Shown: positions 25,313-38,328 of the stretch, one piece after another
Layout of the letters: each line of letters begins with the position of its first letter
Numbering within the stretch: position 1 is the first letter of the stretch
Notes under the pieces: model-generated
The model's input: only the letters and a program-made list of their open reading frames with translations
Database searches by the model: none
What the model was told of the DNA's origin: nothing
Source: Anolis carolinensis
Lineage: Eukaryota
Direction: 5' to 3'
Length of the DNA: 64,000 bases
NCBI RefSeq assembly: GCF_035594765.1
Contig: NC_085846.1
Location: 20,695,190 to 20,759,189, forward strand
Position numbers and translations under genes: made by a program

Positions 25313-25614
25313 CTAGATCATTGTCAAAAGAGGCGGAGTGTGATATACACAGGTCTGCCAGAATTAAATAATTACTCAAACTTTCTTTGCGAGGAACAGC
25401 AGTTGGAATTCATGTCCTGTATTAGACTCATACAGTTGGAAGAGACCTCAAGAGCCATTCAGTCCAGCCTCCGGCCATTTGTTACAATTTATGGGGAAAA
25501 TATTAAAGGAGTGGGTTTGATTATCTCCTCTTTCACAATTTCTTAACTATAAGCTAACCAGAAGCTAACTCAAATCTCAAAGATTTAAGGGAGGGGTGTT
25601 TTCTCTTCACCTGC

Positions 25615-25744
25615 GGCCCCTGGTGGCACAGTGGGTTAAACCCTTCTGCTGACAGGACTGCTGACTTGAAGGTTGGGTTGCTGATTTGAAGGTTGCAGGT
25701 TCAAATCCAAACTGGGGAGAGTGTGGATGAGCTCCCTCTATCAG
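25615..25744 (+). mobile_element. Anolis-SINE2-like 5' head fragment
   Basis: tRNA-derived head ggcccctggtggcacagtgggttaaaccc...ggttcaaatcc...gagctccctctatcag. The complementary body is at 39718-39876. Confidence 0.7.
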
Positions 25745-26184
25745 AAATGTATGACTAATGTAGTAATTTTCTCTTCTTTTGTGTTTGTATTTTTGTATTG
25801 TGAAATGTTATTCTATATATCTGTACATAAAAATGTTTTCTGTTTACTGTTTAAATGTTGGTCTTCATTCTTAGGCCAGTACCTTGTTAGGACAACATAC
25901 CAGTATAAACATCATTAGGGAAGTAGATATAATTTCTCAGAAGTTGCATAAGTGTGGTCCCTAGTGTAGGCAACCGTTCTGCAAACATACATCTAGCCCT
26001 TTCACACAGTTTTGACTTCTCCATGGCAACATATTTGAATAGTCAAGAGCGGATCTTGGCCTTACCAATCTTACTTTAAAAATTACTTAAAATATGAAAG
26101 TTAAGGCATTATAATGTTATATCAATATTTTTTAAATTGCAAAAAAATGATTTTAGTAATAGCCTTTTCCTCCTCTGTACATTT

Positions 26185-26565
26185 GCAAAATTCCCTGAGG
26201 GGATTGCTATTGGAGTGATACATAAATATTTCAAATAAATAAATGGATACAATTAAACAAAAAAAAATCTCCAAAAAATCTATATAAGAATCACCATCCT
26301 TCAGATGATACCTCAAAGGTCTTTCTCCCCATGGAACTATAATTATATTTATACAAAGATTCTAAAGCTGCTTATTTCCTATGGTCTGAAAAGTATATCT
26401 CCTCGTTACTATCAGCTGTTTAGATTCTAATGATTAGATTAATGGAAGACAGTTGGCAGTGATGTTTTCCAGATGAGAAAGAGAGAGAAAAATTCGATCT
26501 ATGTCATAAGAAGAAAGAAGAAACACAACCAAGAAGAAGCAAAGACAAATAAGATCAAAGGTACA
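26185..26565 (+). promoter_or_regulatory. Putative promoter and first exon of the OR at 29897
   Basis: O/E-like sites TTCCCTGAGGGGA (26191-26203) and TCCCCATGGAA (26326-26336). Homeodomain sites in ctaatgattagattaatgg. Donor-like AAG|GTACAT at 26561. Confidence 0.45.
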
Positions 26566-27344
26566 TAATCAATTTGGTTTCAAATTATTTTATCTCCTAT
26601 CTTATATTTATAAAACATGATAAATAACTTCAGCTTTTCAGATGCATGCATAGCTATTGTGTATTAAACTTTTATTTGGATGACCATTACAGAATATACC
26701 AGAAGAGTTAAGGAGGGAAAGAATAGTAAAACAGATCTTAATAGGTGCACATCTTTGTATGTTTTCTTTTCAAATAAAAAGGTACATATAAACTGGGGGT
26801 GCACCATGATCAGGTTTAGGATTAAAATTGCAATGGCAGCCCTGTTTGATCCCATGAATAAACATTCCTTTTTCAGATCTCAGTTACAGTTTTGTTTCTT
26901 CATCCTCAGTAAATTTTAGTTCTAGTCATCTTCACTACCATCACTAAACACCTTGGATATAGCTAGCTGGAAGAACACTGAGATCATTAGAAACTATTGC
27001 CTATATAATGAGATTATGCAGAATTTTTAAAAAAAACACAAAGAAGGCTCAGCACAAACAGATGATCTCAGTAAAACATGAAATCTGAATGTGGATATTC
27101 TTGATCTCCAAACAACGCTGGACCCCCCAAACAGTATTGACCATACTGGGTTAGCTGGAAACAAAATAACTGCAGAGCCACCCCACCCCTGCATTAGAAA
27201 AAAATGTCTACTGTTAAAATAACATTGTTGAGCCCATTCAGCTTGATACATGTAGCTTGAAAATGTACAAAGCTGGTAGTACCTCAAGCATATTTTTGAG
27301 GTGTGTTATTTTCCTATTACAGAAGCTATTTTGTTGAACACCCT

Positions 27345-27815
27345 ATACCCTATACCCTTACTCACATGTAAGTCTAGAAATTTTAGTCAATGAATGAACC
27401 CAAAATACCTGGGACTATTTCTCTACAGGTTTGTGTGAATATTCTTTCTTTTTTATATAAAAAAAAACTATGAAAGAATGAGTTTGGTCTGTTCCAGAAG
27501 AACTTAAAAGAAGCTCTGACCCCTTTATTCTCTCTGCCTTGGCACCATTTTTGACTTTTGTAAATATCTGGGTGGGAAAAGGTTGGTGGGGAATGGACCA
27601 TGGTCAGAACTAAGAATAAAATTACTCTCTGACATGCCACCACTTCTGGCCATTTTGAATACCTGGATGGGAAAAGAGTGGCGGTGTTCAGGAGCTTTTC
27701 TTCTCTGACAAATGTCCCTTGATTTATCCATGGCACATACTGAAATCCATGATTTTGTTTCCAAAACCTTCCCTCAATTTATACGTGAGGTCAACTTATA
27801 CATGAGTATATACCG
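27345..27815. mobile_element. Tc1/Mariner-like non-autonomous element, decayed
   Basis: Right end tcaacttatacatgagtatataccgTA, with a partly complementary left end tactcacatgtaagtctag. Confidence 0.55.
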
Positions 27816-28046
27816 TACTAAATGTGTATAAAATAAAGATAATCTTCCTGTTGATTTGCTGTAAGCTGTTGATTTGCTGTAACTGCAATGCCTTGCTATC
27901 TGCACGACTTTCTGTTTATGTTAAAAATGTTTCATGATATAGGGGTTAAAAATGCATACAACATATTTCATCTGGTTTCAGGGCAAAGTGAGGTCATTCC
28001 ATAGGAAATGGAATTTATATTATGTCCCCTGAGATCTCTGAAATGT

Positions 28047-28366
28047 AAAAGGTAAAGGTTTCCCCTTGACATTAAGTCTAGTTGAGTCTGGGGGTTGGTG
28101 CTCATCTCCATTTCTAAGCCAAAGAGTTGGCGTTGTCCGTAGACACCTCCAAGTTCATGTGGCTGGCATGACTGCATGGAATGCCATTACCTTCCCACCG
28201 AAGCGGTACCAATTGATCTACTCATGCACGTTTTTGAACTGCTAGGTTGGTTGAAGCTGGGGCTAGCAATGGGAGCTCACCCCCATCCTGCGGATTCAAA
28301 CTGCTGACCTTCCAGTCAGCAAGTTCTGCAGATTAATGGTTTAACCCACTGCACCATCATGACCCC
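28047..28366 (-). mobile_element. Sauria SINE
   Basis: (AAAGGT)n tail at left and reverse-complement core and head. Confidence 0.9.
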
Positions 28367-29343
28367 CTCTCAAATGGTCTGCAATTGTTTAAAGAATTCA
28401 GTGGTCAGATGTGCATTACTGTCCATAATTAAGGATGTTTCCATCCTTAGTTTAATGTGGATGTGACTAAAAATTGATTTTTCCATCTGGCTTGGGATAT
28501 TTTCCTGGATGTAGGGTTTTTTTGGGTTTTTTTTGTTTTGGTTTTTTTTGGGAGGAGGATAAAAGCAATGCATTTGAAAACAGTTCTAGTCCTGATTAGT
28601 TACCACCTAGAGAAATACCATATTTCTTCAATTGTGAGATGCCATTGATTGTAAAATGCACCCTAGTTTCAGTAACACCTCCACCAACAAAAATACGTAA
28701 GATACACCTGCGATTCTAAGATGCATCCCATTTTTACAGAAGTTTATTTAAGGAACAAAGTGTGTCTTGGAACTGAAAAAAATGCAGTACCTTCACTGAA
28801 GTGCGAGACATAGCTGTGATGATGGAGCTTTATTGTCATAGCTAAGTCATGCAAAAACTTAACTTTCAAGCAGGCCCACTAACATAGGGATTTCCCAGGT
28901 AGGTATCACCTTACTTCAGGGAGTGGAAAGATGTTTTTGACTCACTCTTACAATCCATAGTACCACAGAAATCTCTGTCAATAAGCTGTTTGATTTCTAA
29001 GGTAAGTTTTTATGGACCTTTGGGAAGTTGCATTGGTGAAATAATCATAAACACAGATTCCCAAAATTTACAGTGCCTTGCACCATTGTAAATACTGATT
29101 ATTGAGGTCTTCAAAAACTGGACAAAATATTTTATCAAAGTATTCAGCAGCTGCTCACATGTACCAACACCTGATGAAAATGAAGGCATCAAGGAGTTCT
29201 TCATCAAACATTTTCAAAAGTTCTAGATAAGCAATGATAACCGTCAAGGATGATCTTACCATATCTTGATTATATGATAAAATATTTCATCACATTATCC
29301 TAGCTGGTGTTTACTCAATTAAAATCAAGGGTAGTTTCTGGAA

Positions 29344-29667
29344 GTAAAGGTAAAGTAGTAAAGGTTTCCCCTGACCTTAAGTCCAGTTGTGTCTGACTCT
29401 GGGGGTTCGTGCTCATCTCCAGTTCTAAGTTGAAGAGCCTCCAAGGTCATGTGGCTTGCATGACTGCACGGAATGCCATTACCTTCCCACCAGAGCGGTA
29501 CCTATTGATCTACTCACATTTGCATGTTTTCGAACTGCTAGGTTGGCAGAAGCTCAAGCTAACAGCGGGCACTCACTCCGCTCCCCAGATTCGTACCTGG
29601 GACCTTTTGGCCTGCAAGTTCAGCAGCTCAGCGCTTTAACACACTGCACCATTGGGGGCTCCTCTAC
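29344..29667 (-). mobile_element. Sauria SINE with internal deletion
   Basis: Reverse-complement Sauria SINE with TSD GTTTCTGGAA. Confidence 0.9.
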
Positions 29668-29754
29668 GTTTCTGGAAAGCATTCAAAAATTCTTAGTAAG
29701 ACTAAGCAATATCAGAACTGACCTCATAATGGCATTTATTTTAACATGTGTATC

Positions 29755-29832
29755 CGATTTTCCTGGCTCTGGGCAGGGGGTTGGATTGGATGGCTCATGT
29801 GGTCTCGCTCAACTCTATGATTTTATGATTCT
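29755..29832 (+). mobile_element. CR1 3' tail remnant
   Basis: gggttggattggatggc...caactctatgattttatgattcta, the CR1 octamer-type tail. Confidence 0.75.
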
Positions 29833-29896
29833 AAATATTTTAGTAAAGTAACCCAATCTATCTGTCTTCTAGACTATCAGCAAAAGAAATACCTAC

Positions 29897-30841
29897 ATGA
29901 AGAATCAGTCTACAACAATGGAGTTTATATTGGTTGGTTTAATAAATTCCACTGAACTACAGACACTTCTCTTTTGGATATTTACATTTATCTATGCTAT
30001 AGCCCTGACTTTTAACTGCCTTCTCATCTTTACCATATGCAACTGCAGAAACCTTCACACTCCCATGTATTTCCTGCTCATCAACTTGTCTTTAGTAAAT
30101 ATATTCTCAATTTCAGTCACAACTCCTAAACTGCTCCAGGCTCTTTGGACCCAGAGAAAAATAATCTCATTTTATGGCTGCATTACACAAGTGTATCTTT
30201 TTATATGGACCTTGGGGACAGAACTTTTACTTCTTTCATTCATGGCTTTTGACCGTTATACTGCTATCTGCCATCCTTTGCAATATACACTGATCATGCG
30301 GAAGGAAGCATGTGTTTGCATAGCAGTAGGAGCGTGGCTTGTTGGAATGGTTAACTCTGCAGTCCATGCTGGGCTCATGCTAAAGCTTTCCTTCCGTGAC
30401 TCAAACATAATCAACCATTTCTTTTGTGATGTGCCACCACTTTTAAAGCTTGCATCCTCAGACACCAGTATCAATGAGAGTATGGCTTTTGCGGCAGATG
30501 TCATACTTGGGATCTTTAATTGTGGTTTGACTCTAATGTCATATTTCTTCATCATGAGAACCATCTTCAGAATTCGTTCTACTGAAGGGAAGAAGAAAGC
30601 TTTCTCCACATGTTCTTCACATCTGGTTGTTGTCAGTTTTTACTTCTCCTCAGTCATTTACACATATATTAGGCCCTCATCTGTCTACTCTTTAGATAAA
30701 GACAAATTGGTTTCTCTCCTATATACTGTGGTAACTCCAGTGCTTAATCCAATTATATATTTTATGAGAAACAAAGAAGTTAAAAAAGCCCTTAAAACAT
30801 TTGTTGCAAAAAGCCATCTGATACCAGCGCCTCAAGCTTGA
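29897..30841 (+). CDS. Olfactory receptor, OR13G1-like, 314 aa
   Basis: MKNQS start; LHTPMYFLL, GTELLLLSFMAFDRY, NHFFCDVPPLL, INESMAFAADVIL, KAFSTCSSHL, YTYIRP. Acceptor ends at 29872. The stop abuts an N gap, so the last codons may be unreliable. Confidence 0.93.
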   Translation: MKNQSTTMEFILVGLINSTELQTLLFWIFTFIYAIALTFNCLLIFTICNCRNLHTPMYFLLINLSLVNIFSISVTTPKLLQALWTQRKIISFYGCITQVYLFIWTLGTELLLLSFMAFDRYTAICHPLQYTLIMRKEACVCIAVGAWLVGMVNSAVHAGLMLKLSFRDSNIINHFFCDVPPLLKLASSDTSINESMAFAADVILGIFNCGLTLMSYFFIMRTIFRIRSTEGKKKAFSTCSSHLVVVSFYFSSVIYTYIRPSSVYSLDKDKLVSLLYTVVTPVLNPIIYFMRNKEVKKALKTFVAKSHLIPAPQA

Positions 30842-30844
30842 GTT

Positions 30845-30972
30845 NNNNNNNNNNNNNNNNNNNNNNNNNNNNNNNNNNNNNNNNNNNNNNNNNNNNNNNN
30901 NNNNNNNNNNNNNNNNNNNNNNNNNNNNNNNNNNNNNNNNNNNNNNNNNNNNNNNNNNNNNNNNNNNNNNNN
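30845..30972. other. Assembly gap (N run)
   Basis: Run of n characters. Confidence 1.
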
Positions 30973-32060
30973 TTCTAGAAACCTTTTACTTTGTAATTTG
31001 CTGGTCAGTGCCTTAATAGTTTCTTAATTAGATAGTTAAAATGTTCTCTATACCAGACTGTCCTTGAAAAGTATCTGGAAGTGATAACTGCTGCAAAAAG
31101 TGACAGCCTGGCTCTTGTCAGGTGTATCTAAAGCCAAGGTAGAGGAAATCTTTGAAGAACTTTCAATATGCTTCTCAGCTCAATTCAGAGTGCTATTTTT
31201 AACCCACAAATTTCCAAATGGATTGGGGCAGTATATGTGAAAAACTCTCATCTTCTCTATATTAGGGTTGTTGTTGTTGTTGCTGTTGTTGTATTACAAC
31301 CTTATAATAGGGTTTATTTGGCAAGATATCTTCATTGAAGGTTTGCCATTGCCATCTTCTGAAACTAAGAAAGTTTGACAGGCCCAAGATCACCCCATGG
31401 ATTTCTATGGATAGCCTTGTTACCCTACAGTCACTGTAATGGCTCTTCTATCATTTGTGAATGCCTGAAATTTAGGAGACATACACATCCAGGAATAATG
31501 CTTTTTAAATTAAATCTGCTATTCGACTAAGTAGAAACACATCTTCTCCTTAGATAACACAATGATAATTAAAGGAATTTATAAATAAATGGATTTTGCA
31601 TGGCGTTTATGAAAATGAATATTAAGCTTGAATTTTGAAAATGCGCCAAATGTTATACTTGATAAAAACTTTTTCTTCATCAGTATGATGAAGAATCATT
31701 ATCTTCCTCACAATACCTCAGAGATGCTTTTCCCAACTGAACAGCTTAGAAAGATTTCTAAACTGTCTAGTAAGTTTCCCCCAAAAGAAGGTATATCAAC
31801 AAAAGGATCAGAGAAGTTATCTTATCTGATTGATGAAAAAAGATTATTCTTACAATCTGCCAAGAAGAAAATTATTTGAATCCACAAGAATTAATCTTAT
31901 TAAATCAGTAAGAAGGCACCACATTATAAAGGGAATGAAGGTAAATATTTCACTTTCAGCCTTCCTCTCCCACTCCTGGTAACTGGGTTACATTTGCATC
32001 TTTTATAATACACAGAGTGAACCATAAATTCAATATTGGGTGATTTCTGGTTATGCGGTA

Positions 32061-32061
<1 letters not shown>

Positions 32062-32106
<45 letters not shown>
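32062..32106 (+). repeat. (ATT)15 microsatellite
   Basis: Read directly from the sequence. Confidence 0.95.
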
Positions 32107-32275
32107 GAAAGAAGCATGAAAAGACTTCTAATCTGAGCTAAAGAAGAGAAGTTTTCAAAGGGATTCATATGATAATGATATGAAGCCAAAACCTTATGTC
32201 ATCTCAATTTTTCATTAGACATCAAAATATTAGTTTCCATCAACAGATAATTTCAAACTGTCATGAACCCTTTTT

Positions 32276-32405
32276 NNNNNNNNNNNNNNNNNNNNNNNNN
32301 NNNNNNNNNNNNNNNNNNNNNNNNNNNNNNNNNNNNNNNNNNNNNNNNNNNNNNNNNNNNNNNNNNNNNNNNNNNNNNNNNNNNNNNNNNNNNNNNNNNN
32401 NNNNN
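32276..32405. other. Assembly gap (N run)
   Basis: Run of n characters. Confidence 1.
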
Positions 32406-35400
32406 TATGTTGATAGCTTCCTTGATTTGCTTTCCATATGGGGACATTCTCTGCTACATGTACCATGTTCTTTATTTCCTTTACGTTCTAATGAAGTACC
32501 ATTCTGCTGAGAGTCCCTAACCATTCATCATATGAAAATAACATGTTTTAAGGACCTCAGCTATATTTTTGGAGAGTCATATACTGTAAGAGAAATGCTT
32601 GCACATGAGCATTTATTTTTGTTGTTTGTTCATAGGGGTGTCATGAGGTGAATGACTGAAGTTCATGTAGCATTTTGTGCTAAACTGATTGTGTGAGATA
32701 ACTGTGCATGCTAGATTCTCTGCATCTCTTGCCCCAATACTTAGCTTTCTTCTGTGGTAGTGGCCTATCTTTCCGTGTTATCTATCAATGTGCCTCTCTC
32801 CTTTTATACATCCAACATGACAAGGAAGCAGTGATGTTTGCCCTAGGATAGTGTGTGTTTATGTTGCACAACTCAAGAGTCTTTAAGGTTGCAAGGATAG
32901 CAACAAGTAGGATTATGATAGTTTATTTTTCATGCGCCACTTTTTTTTTTTTTACTTAGCTTGAATTTTCTTATGCAGAGATATTCTGTGCCTTTAAGAT
33001 ATATCTGGGAGATAGGGAAAATTTAATAATCAGTCTCACTTTGAAATCATGATGTTGTCACTTGTCTTGAAAATAAAGGGGCTAAAAATTCATAGTTGGG
33101 AGGTTGTCTAGGGAACTAGACTTCTAGAACTTCCTACAAGCAAGGAATTGCTATCAGGCAGTTAGAAAGGAAAACAACTATACCAGCACTACAGCCAACA
33201 ACAAGAACAACAGCAAGAACTCCAGCCAGGTATGATGTCTAACTTGATTAGCTATATCGGAGAAGAAAGGGCTACAAAATAGTTTCCTTCTTTTGAATAA
33301 ACAGAAATGCTAGAAGACCTTTACTCCAGTGAAGAAACCAAGAATTTAAGATTTTCTAAGTGAAAAGAATGAAGTGGGTTGTATGAAAAGATTGAGACCA
33401 GAGGTCAGCAAGTTGTGGTCCTTCATATATTGTTGGACTGAAATTGCTAATAGATTTTGCCATTAGCTTTACTAGAATTTAATTTTATCTGAAGTGTGTT
33501 TTAGACTTTGTGGCTTATTTTTGTTTATTTAATTGGATCTGTAGGTTCTTTTAAATGCATTTGACTTGGTTACTCTGTTATCTTGCAAGGAAATATGTGG
33601 AATGTCAGTTAAAGTGTTATTTGACCCACTGGCAAACTAAAGTACTATATTTAGAAATGCACTAAAAGAGCTTAGCTTAGTTATACATTACACAAATTGT
33701 ATCTTGGGCAGTGCATTATTTAAAATGACACATAGTGCAATATTTGAAACTAGATAGATATACTGACTAATTGACTCCCAGAGAAGTATTCAGATAATGG
33801 GGCACATCTTCATTTTAGAATTAATGCAATTTGGCACCACTTCGCTCAATGCTATGGATTCATAAGTTGTAGTTGTACAAGTTCTTTTACCTTCTCTGTT
33901 AAAGAGTTCTGGCGCCTTTCCAAAATACAAATACCATGATTCCTTATCATTGATCCATGCAGTTACAGGGGTCTCAAACTGCATTAATTCTACAGTACAG
34001 ATATACAGTGGAGACATTCCAAATATTGAAGGAAACCAGGCTCCCTTAAAAATGTTGACATTTACTAACAAAAGATTAATCAAGGGGAAAATTGGGCTAT
34101 GTATTCAAAGCATTCAGGACTTTATGACCAAAATAAAGGTCAGGGAAGATTGAGATAGGTCCCTTTTGATACCTGCAAACACTCAGTATGAAGGATGGAT
34201 GCATCTTTATTCACTAGTTCAAACAGAATTCTCTCCTTCTCTCTCCTCCCTCTTTTCATTGAATATTTCTGTGGTTGACAATATTGAAAACCTGCTCATG
34301 TTATGGTTTCCCATGGCAGCTATTAACATTATTATTTTACTAACTAAAAGAGATAACAAGATTGGAAGATATAAAAATAATTTCACACTTATTAATAGTT
34401 GCATTGAAGTATGTTTCTAAAAAACCAAAACAATTTTGCCCACTAAAGATGTAATGGCTATTCACTAGATATGATCATTTACACAGTCAACTGACATTTT
34501 AATTTAAATCCAACAAATCAGACAACAAAACTATATTATATAGAAAAAGTATTTTTATTTATACAAGTCTAGATAAGCAAGATTTAGGACAAAACTAATC
34601 CATGTTAATTCTGATATAATATCACCTATTTAGATATCATTATAATTAGTTTCTCTAACTATAATATTATTCATAGTCCTAACCAGAGCAAATTCTTCTA
34701 GCCAGTTGTTGAGTTGTCAACACTTATGAACATTAATTTATTTAATAACATTTATTTAACTGTCTAGTCTAAGTGTTTAGGATTAGTAGTTATGATTTGA
34801 TATTAACATCAAATATCAATTTGTTTAACATTAAATATCAATTAACATCAATTTATTCCATTGAAGGGGAGAGACGACTTTCTGCTTATCACAGTTCTTG
34901 AGAATTTAAGGGTGATAAATAAAACCTTTTAGCAAACATATTATAGGGGTAAACTGTTAACTGAAAAGGTATTGAATTAATATGCATGCAATTATATATA
35001 TTTCATGTTATATGACCCGTCTTGTACTGGGGAAGCAAGAAACATGTAAATTACAACCTTTTCAGTGAAAATACATAAAATTGATTTTTTAACCCTGATA
35101 GATGCTGCAAAGGTAAAAATATGCAGTTTAAGGCACAGGGAGCTGTTTATAAGTGCAACATCAAAGGAGCCTTCAGGTACAATATATCTTAGGCATCAAA
35201 ATGATTAGAGTGGTCAAGTTATATCCTGAGCAGAGAGCTGGTATCTTTAAATGCTCCAAGGTTTCAAATCCAGTTGTGATGCCCATACTCCCTACTTCAT
35301 TCCTGGGCTCCCTGTCCTCTAGCAGCTTAAAAGAAAAAGCATACTATATTGGTTGCATCAGGTGGTGGAGAAGACCCGGTGAGTGAGTTATGGGGATCCC

Positions 35401-36289
35401 AAGGATATCTCATGTAGAGATATCTTCACTTCCAAAATGCAACTACATGAAATTGGGACTGAAAATGTAGTTTCTCCAGATGCTACCATCCATCTTCACA
35501 TTGTACCTACAGTATCATATTGTTTCTCCTGCCACGTATCTCTTCATTATTATTATTTATTTATTTTTGCTGCCCTGGGACTGAAAAATACTTGCTAGAG
35601 AAGAACCACAAGCAACACTTAAGCATGTTGCTCTGTTTTGTTTTGGTATATGAGGTATATATTAATCTAGGAGTTTTTATATAACTTTTGATTACACACA
35701 GTCCTTAACTGAGACCATTTATAAAAGCATGGGCCCATGCTTCTGGATTATCCCTACCAATGGTTTCAAATAGATGTTAAAAAGAATTGCGCATGGAACA
35801 GCATCTTCTGATATACCACATGACAACTCCTTTGGGGGGAGGCACACACGTATCACCATCTGGAGTCTATTCAAGAAATGGGACAAAAATCACTGAAACA
35901 CATTGCCCTCAGATTCCAGAAGGATACTATTGTTAATGGTATTATGCCACTGAGCGGCCCAAAAATTACCAGTTGTCACTATTCAAATGAAAACCATGCA
36001 CCGAAAAAACCATAGTGTTCTCAACTCTATGTCCTGCTCTGAAGTTGGTAAAATCTTTTAGCATTCATGACCCTTCTGAGGGAAAGAGGATTTGAAGGCC
36101 GTTATGGGTATGTGAAGCTTCTAGAAAAAGGAACAAAAATTAATCCTTTTCTTCCAGCTGGATTGGAAACAAAAGGCAAAGTTAACTTCAGTCAGGGTTC
36201 TTGAAAGGCAAATCAAAATAATATATTACAAAGACAAAGTTTGTTGGTCGAATTTAGTTACACTGGTAATAAAATTCTTGACTAAAATT

Positions 36290-36572
36290 GAGGTAAAATA
36301 CTTGACTTTGAAGGTAAAATACTGGACTATACTGCTGGTAAATAATTGCCTATATAGAAAAGTACTTGGTTATTGGTATAACACAGAACTGTGATAGTAA
36401 AGTACAGAACTATGATGAAGTACACTATGCTATAATGAGTATATGGTAAAATACAAGCTATGCTGAAGTTCACTAAGCTATAATAGTAAAGTATGTGCTA
36501 TTGTGGTAAGGTATTATTTTGGTGGTAAATACGTGCTATGCTGAAGTTCACTAAGCTATAATGGTACGTGCT
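36290..36572 (+). repeat. Degenerate minisatellite with period of about 20-22 bp
   Basis: Recurring gtaaa(a/g)tac...ctat units. The 28-mer gctatgctgaagttcactaagctataat occurs twice exactly. Confidence 0.7.
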
Positions 36573-36886
36573 AGGAATGCCTGTCTGGATTGCCACAGGC
36601 CAAGGAACCCAGACAATTTCTGGCCTTCTCCTCTAAACTTTGACACAGAAGAAAAAAGGAGGGAAAAGCCTTTCAGGCAAGCTCTGAGACAGAAGGGCTA
36701 AACCAATTGAGCCATGCTTCTAGGGGGTTTTTAAGCTCCACCCCCAAAACTATGTACAAATGGAAAAATCCACACCAAAGAGAGAAGTAAACAAGGAAGT
36801 GAAGCAGAGGAGGGAAAAAGATAGGCCAAGACATCACACAGGCAAACAACTCTTTGTGTATAAATATCAATTCAAATGGTCTATGC

Positions 36887-37007
36887 CAGTGGTTTTCAAC
36901 CTTTGGATCCCCAGGTGTTTTGGCCTACAACTCCCAGAATTCCCAGGCAGTTTACCAGCTGTTCGGATTTCTGGGAGTTAAAGGCCATAACATGTTGGGA
37001 ACCACAG
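36887..37007. mobile_element. hAT-type MITE, same family as 1363
   Basis: TIRs CAGTGGTTTTCAAC / GTTGGGAACCACAG and perfect 8-bp TSD GTCTATGC. Confidence 0.88.
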
Positions 37008-38328
37008 GTCTATGCATCCATTTTAAGGACCTCTTCACACTGGGAAAAATAGCCGTGTTTTGCAGCTTTTATTCACAGCTTGGATGGGGCCTGCTAAGCA
37101 CCATCAGGCAATGCACAGCAGGCCCCACCCACATTCTTCTCAAAGTGGAGGGGAAGCACCAGACGACGCTTCTTCCACCACCACGGGGGGGGGGGGTGTC
37201 TTTTGGGTAGCTCCGATGGAGGTGTCTGCATTCCCCCCCCCTTTCCCTGTATTATGGCATTGCCACCCTTTCTCCCATCTGATGAGGACAGGGACAGGGT
37301 GCTAACGCACTCTGTCCCATATACCCACTGTATGATGGGGGAAGGAGGGAGGGTGCGTGAGCAAAATGGCATGGCCCAAAAAAGCTGCATGAAAAGATCT
37401 TAAATGTATCTGGGATCAAAAGCAATTAGTTATATCTTGTGGCACCTTCAAGGAATATATCTTGCTGGTGAAATGAATTTTCATAGACTATGGTCTACTT
37501 ATAGTGATGGAATGGGATCTAGTACATAAAAATATGAAGTCTTACAGATATGTTAAATCAAATAAAATAAAACTGTGGCCATCGAGATACATGATTCTAT
37601 ATAAATGATTTTATGGTTAATGGAATCCATTTTTAAGATGTTACAAGATATTTTGTTACTTTTTTTTGAATAGACAAACAAAGCTACCATCCCAACTCAC
37701 AAGTTAGTTGTGTTGATAGATTTGTTGATCCAAACATTATCTTCTCAATATATGAAAAGCTAATCCACTCTTGATTTTATTCTATCCATGATAGTTGTTT
37801 TTCTTCATCATTCCATTATTAATTGATTTAATTTATTTCTAGCATTTCTTCCAATATTGAACTAATTCATTTTGTTTTCCTGTATTACAATTCTATGTAT
37901 CTCTGTCAATGAGAAATTACTCAGTAAAATGTTACTGTTTCAGTTCATAGTGTGGAGTATCTTTCACTGTAGATTTCAAATAGTATAATAGTGATGGTAT
38001 GGGCATGCTTGACCTTAGAATATCCTGGTTCGCACACCCACAATTCCTTGTTCTTATCACGCAGAACAACTGTAATCTAATCCAAAAGAACAGTCATCTG
38101 ATATACAAAAAATAGAGAGCTGTCCCTGAAAGTACATATATTAAGTTGAATCCATAGGTGTCAATTCTATACTGCAAACACAAATTTGTCCTTATTTGTT
38201 ATTGCTTAATCAGTGCTTGTTGCAGTATCCATTTATTATGTGATGAAACTTCTCCCATCAACTGATATCATCTCTACATACATTGTTTTGTTTTGTTTGT
38301 CTAGGTCTACAATCACATAATATTGGAA

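Noticed and set aside
29456-29851. 131-aa ORF upstream of an OR
   Set aside because: Made of an antisense Sauria SINE plus a CR1 tail. Similar peptides recur at other SINE copies.
30256-30609. Antisense ORFs overlapping OR genes (also 52307-52624, 57696-58007 and others)
   Set aside because: Expected shadow ORFs of hydrophobic coding sequence.
32196-32524. ORFs spanning X runs
   Set aside because: They read through an assembly gap, and the flanks show no OR or other protein motifs.
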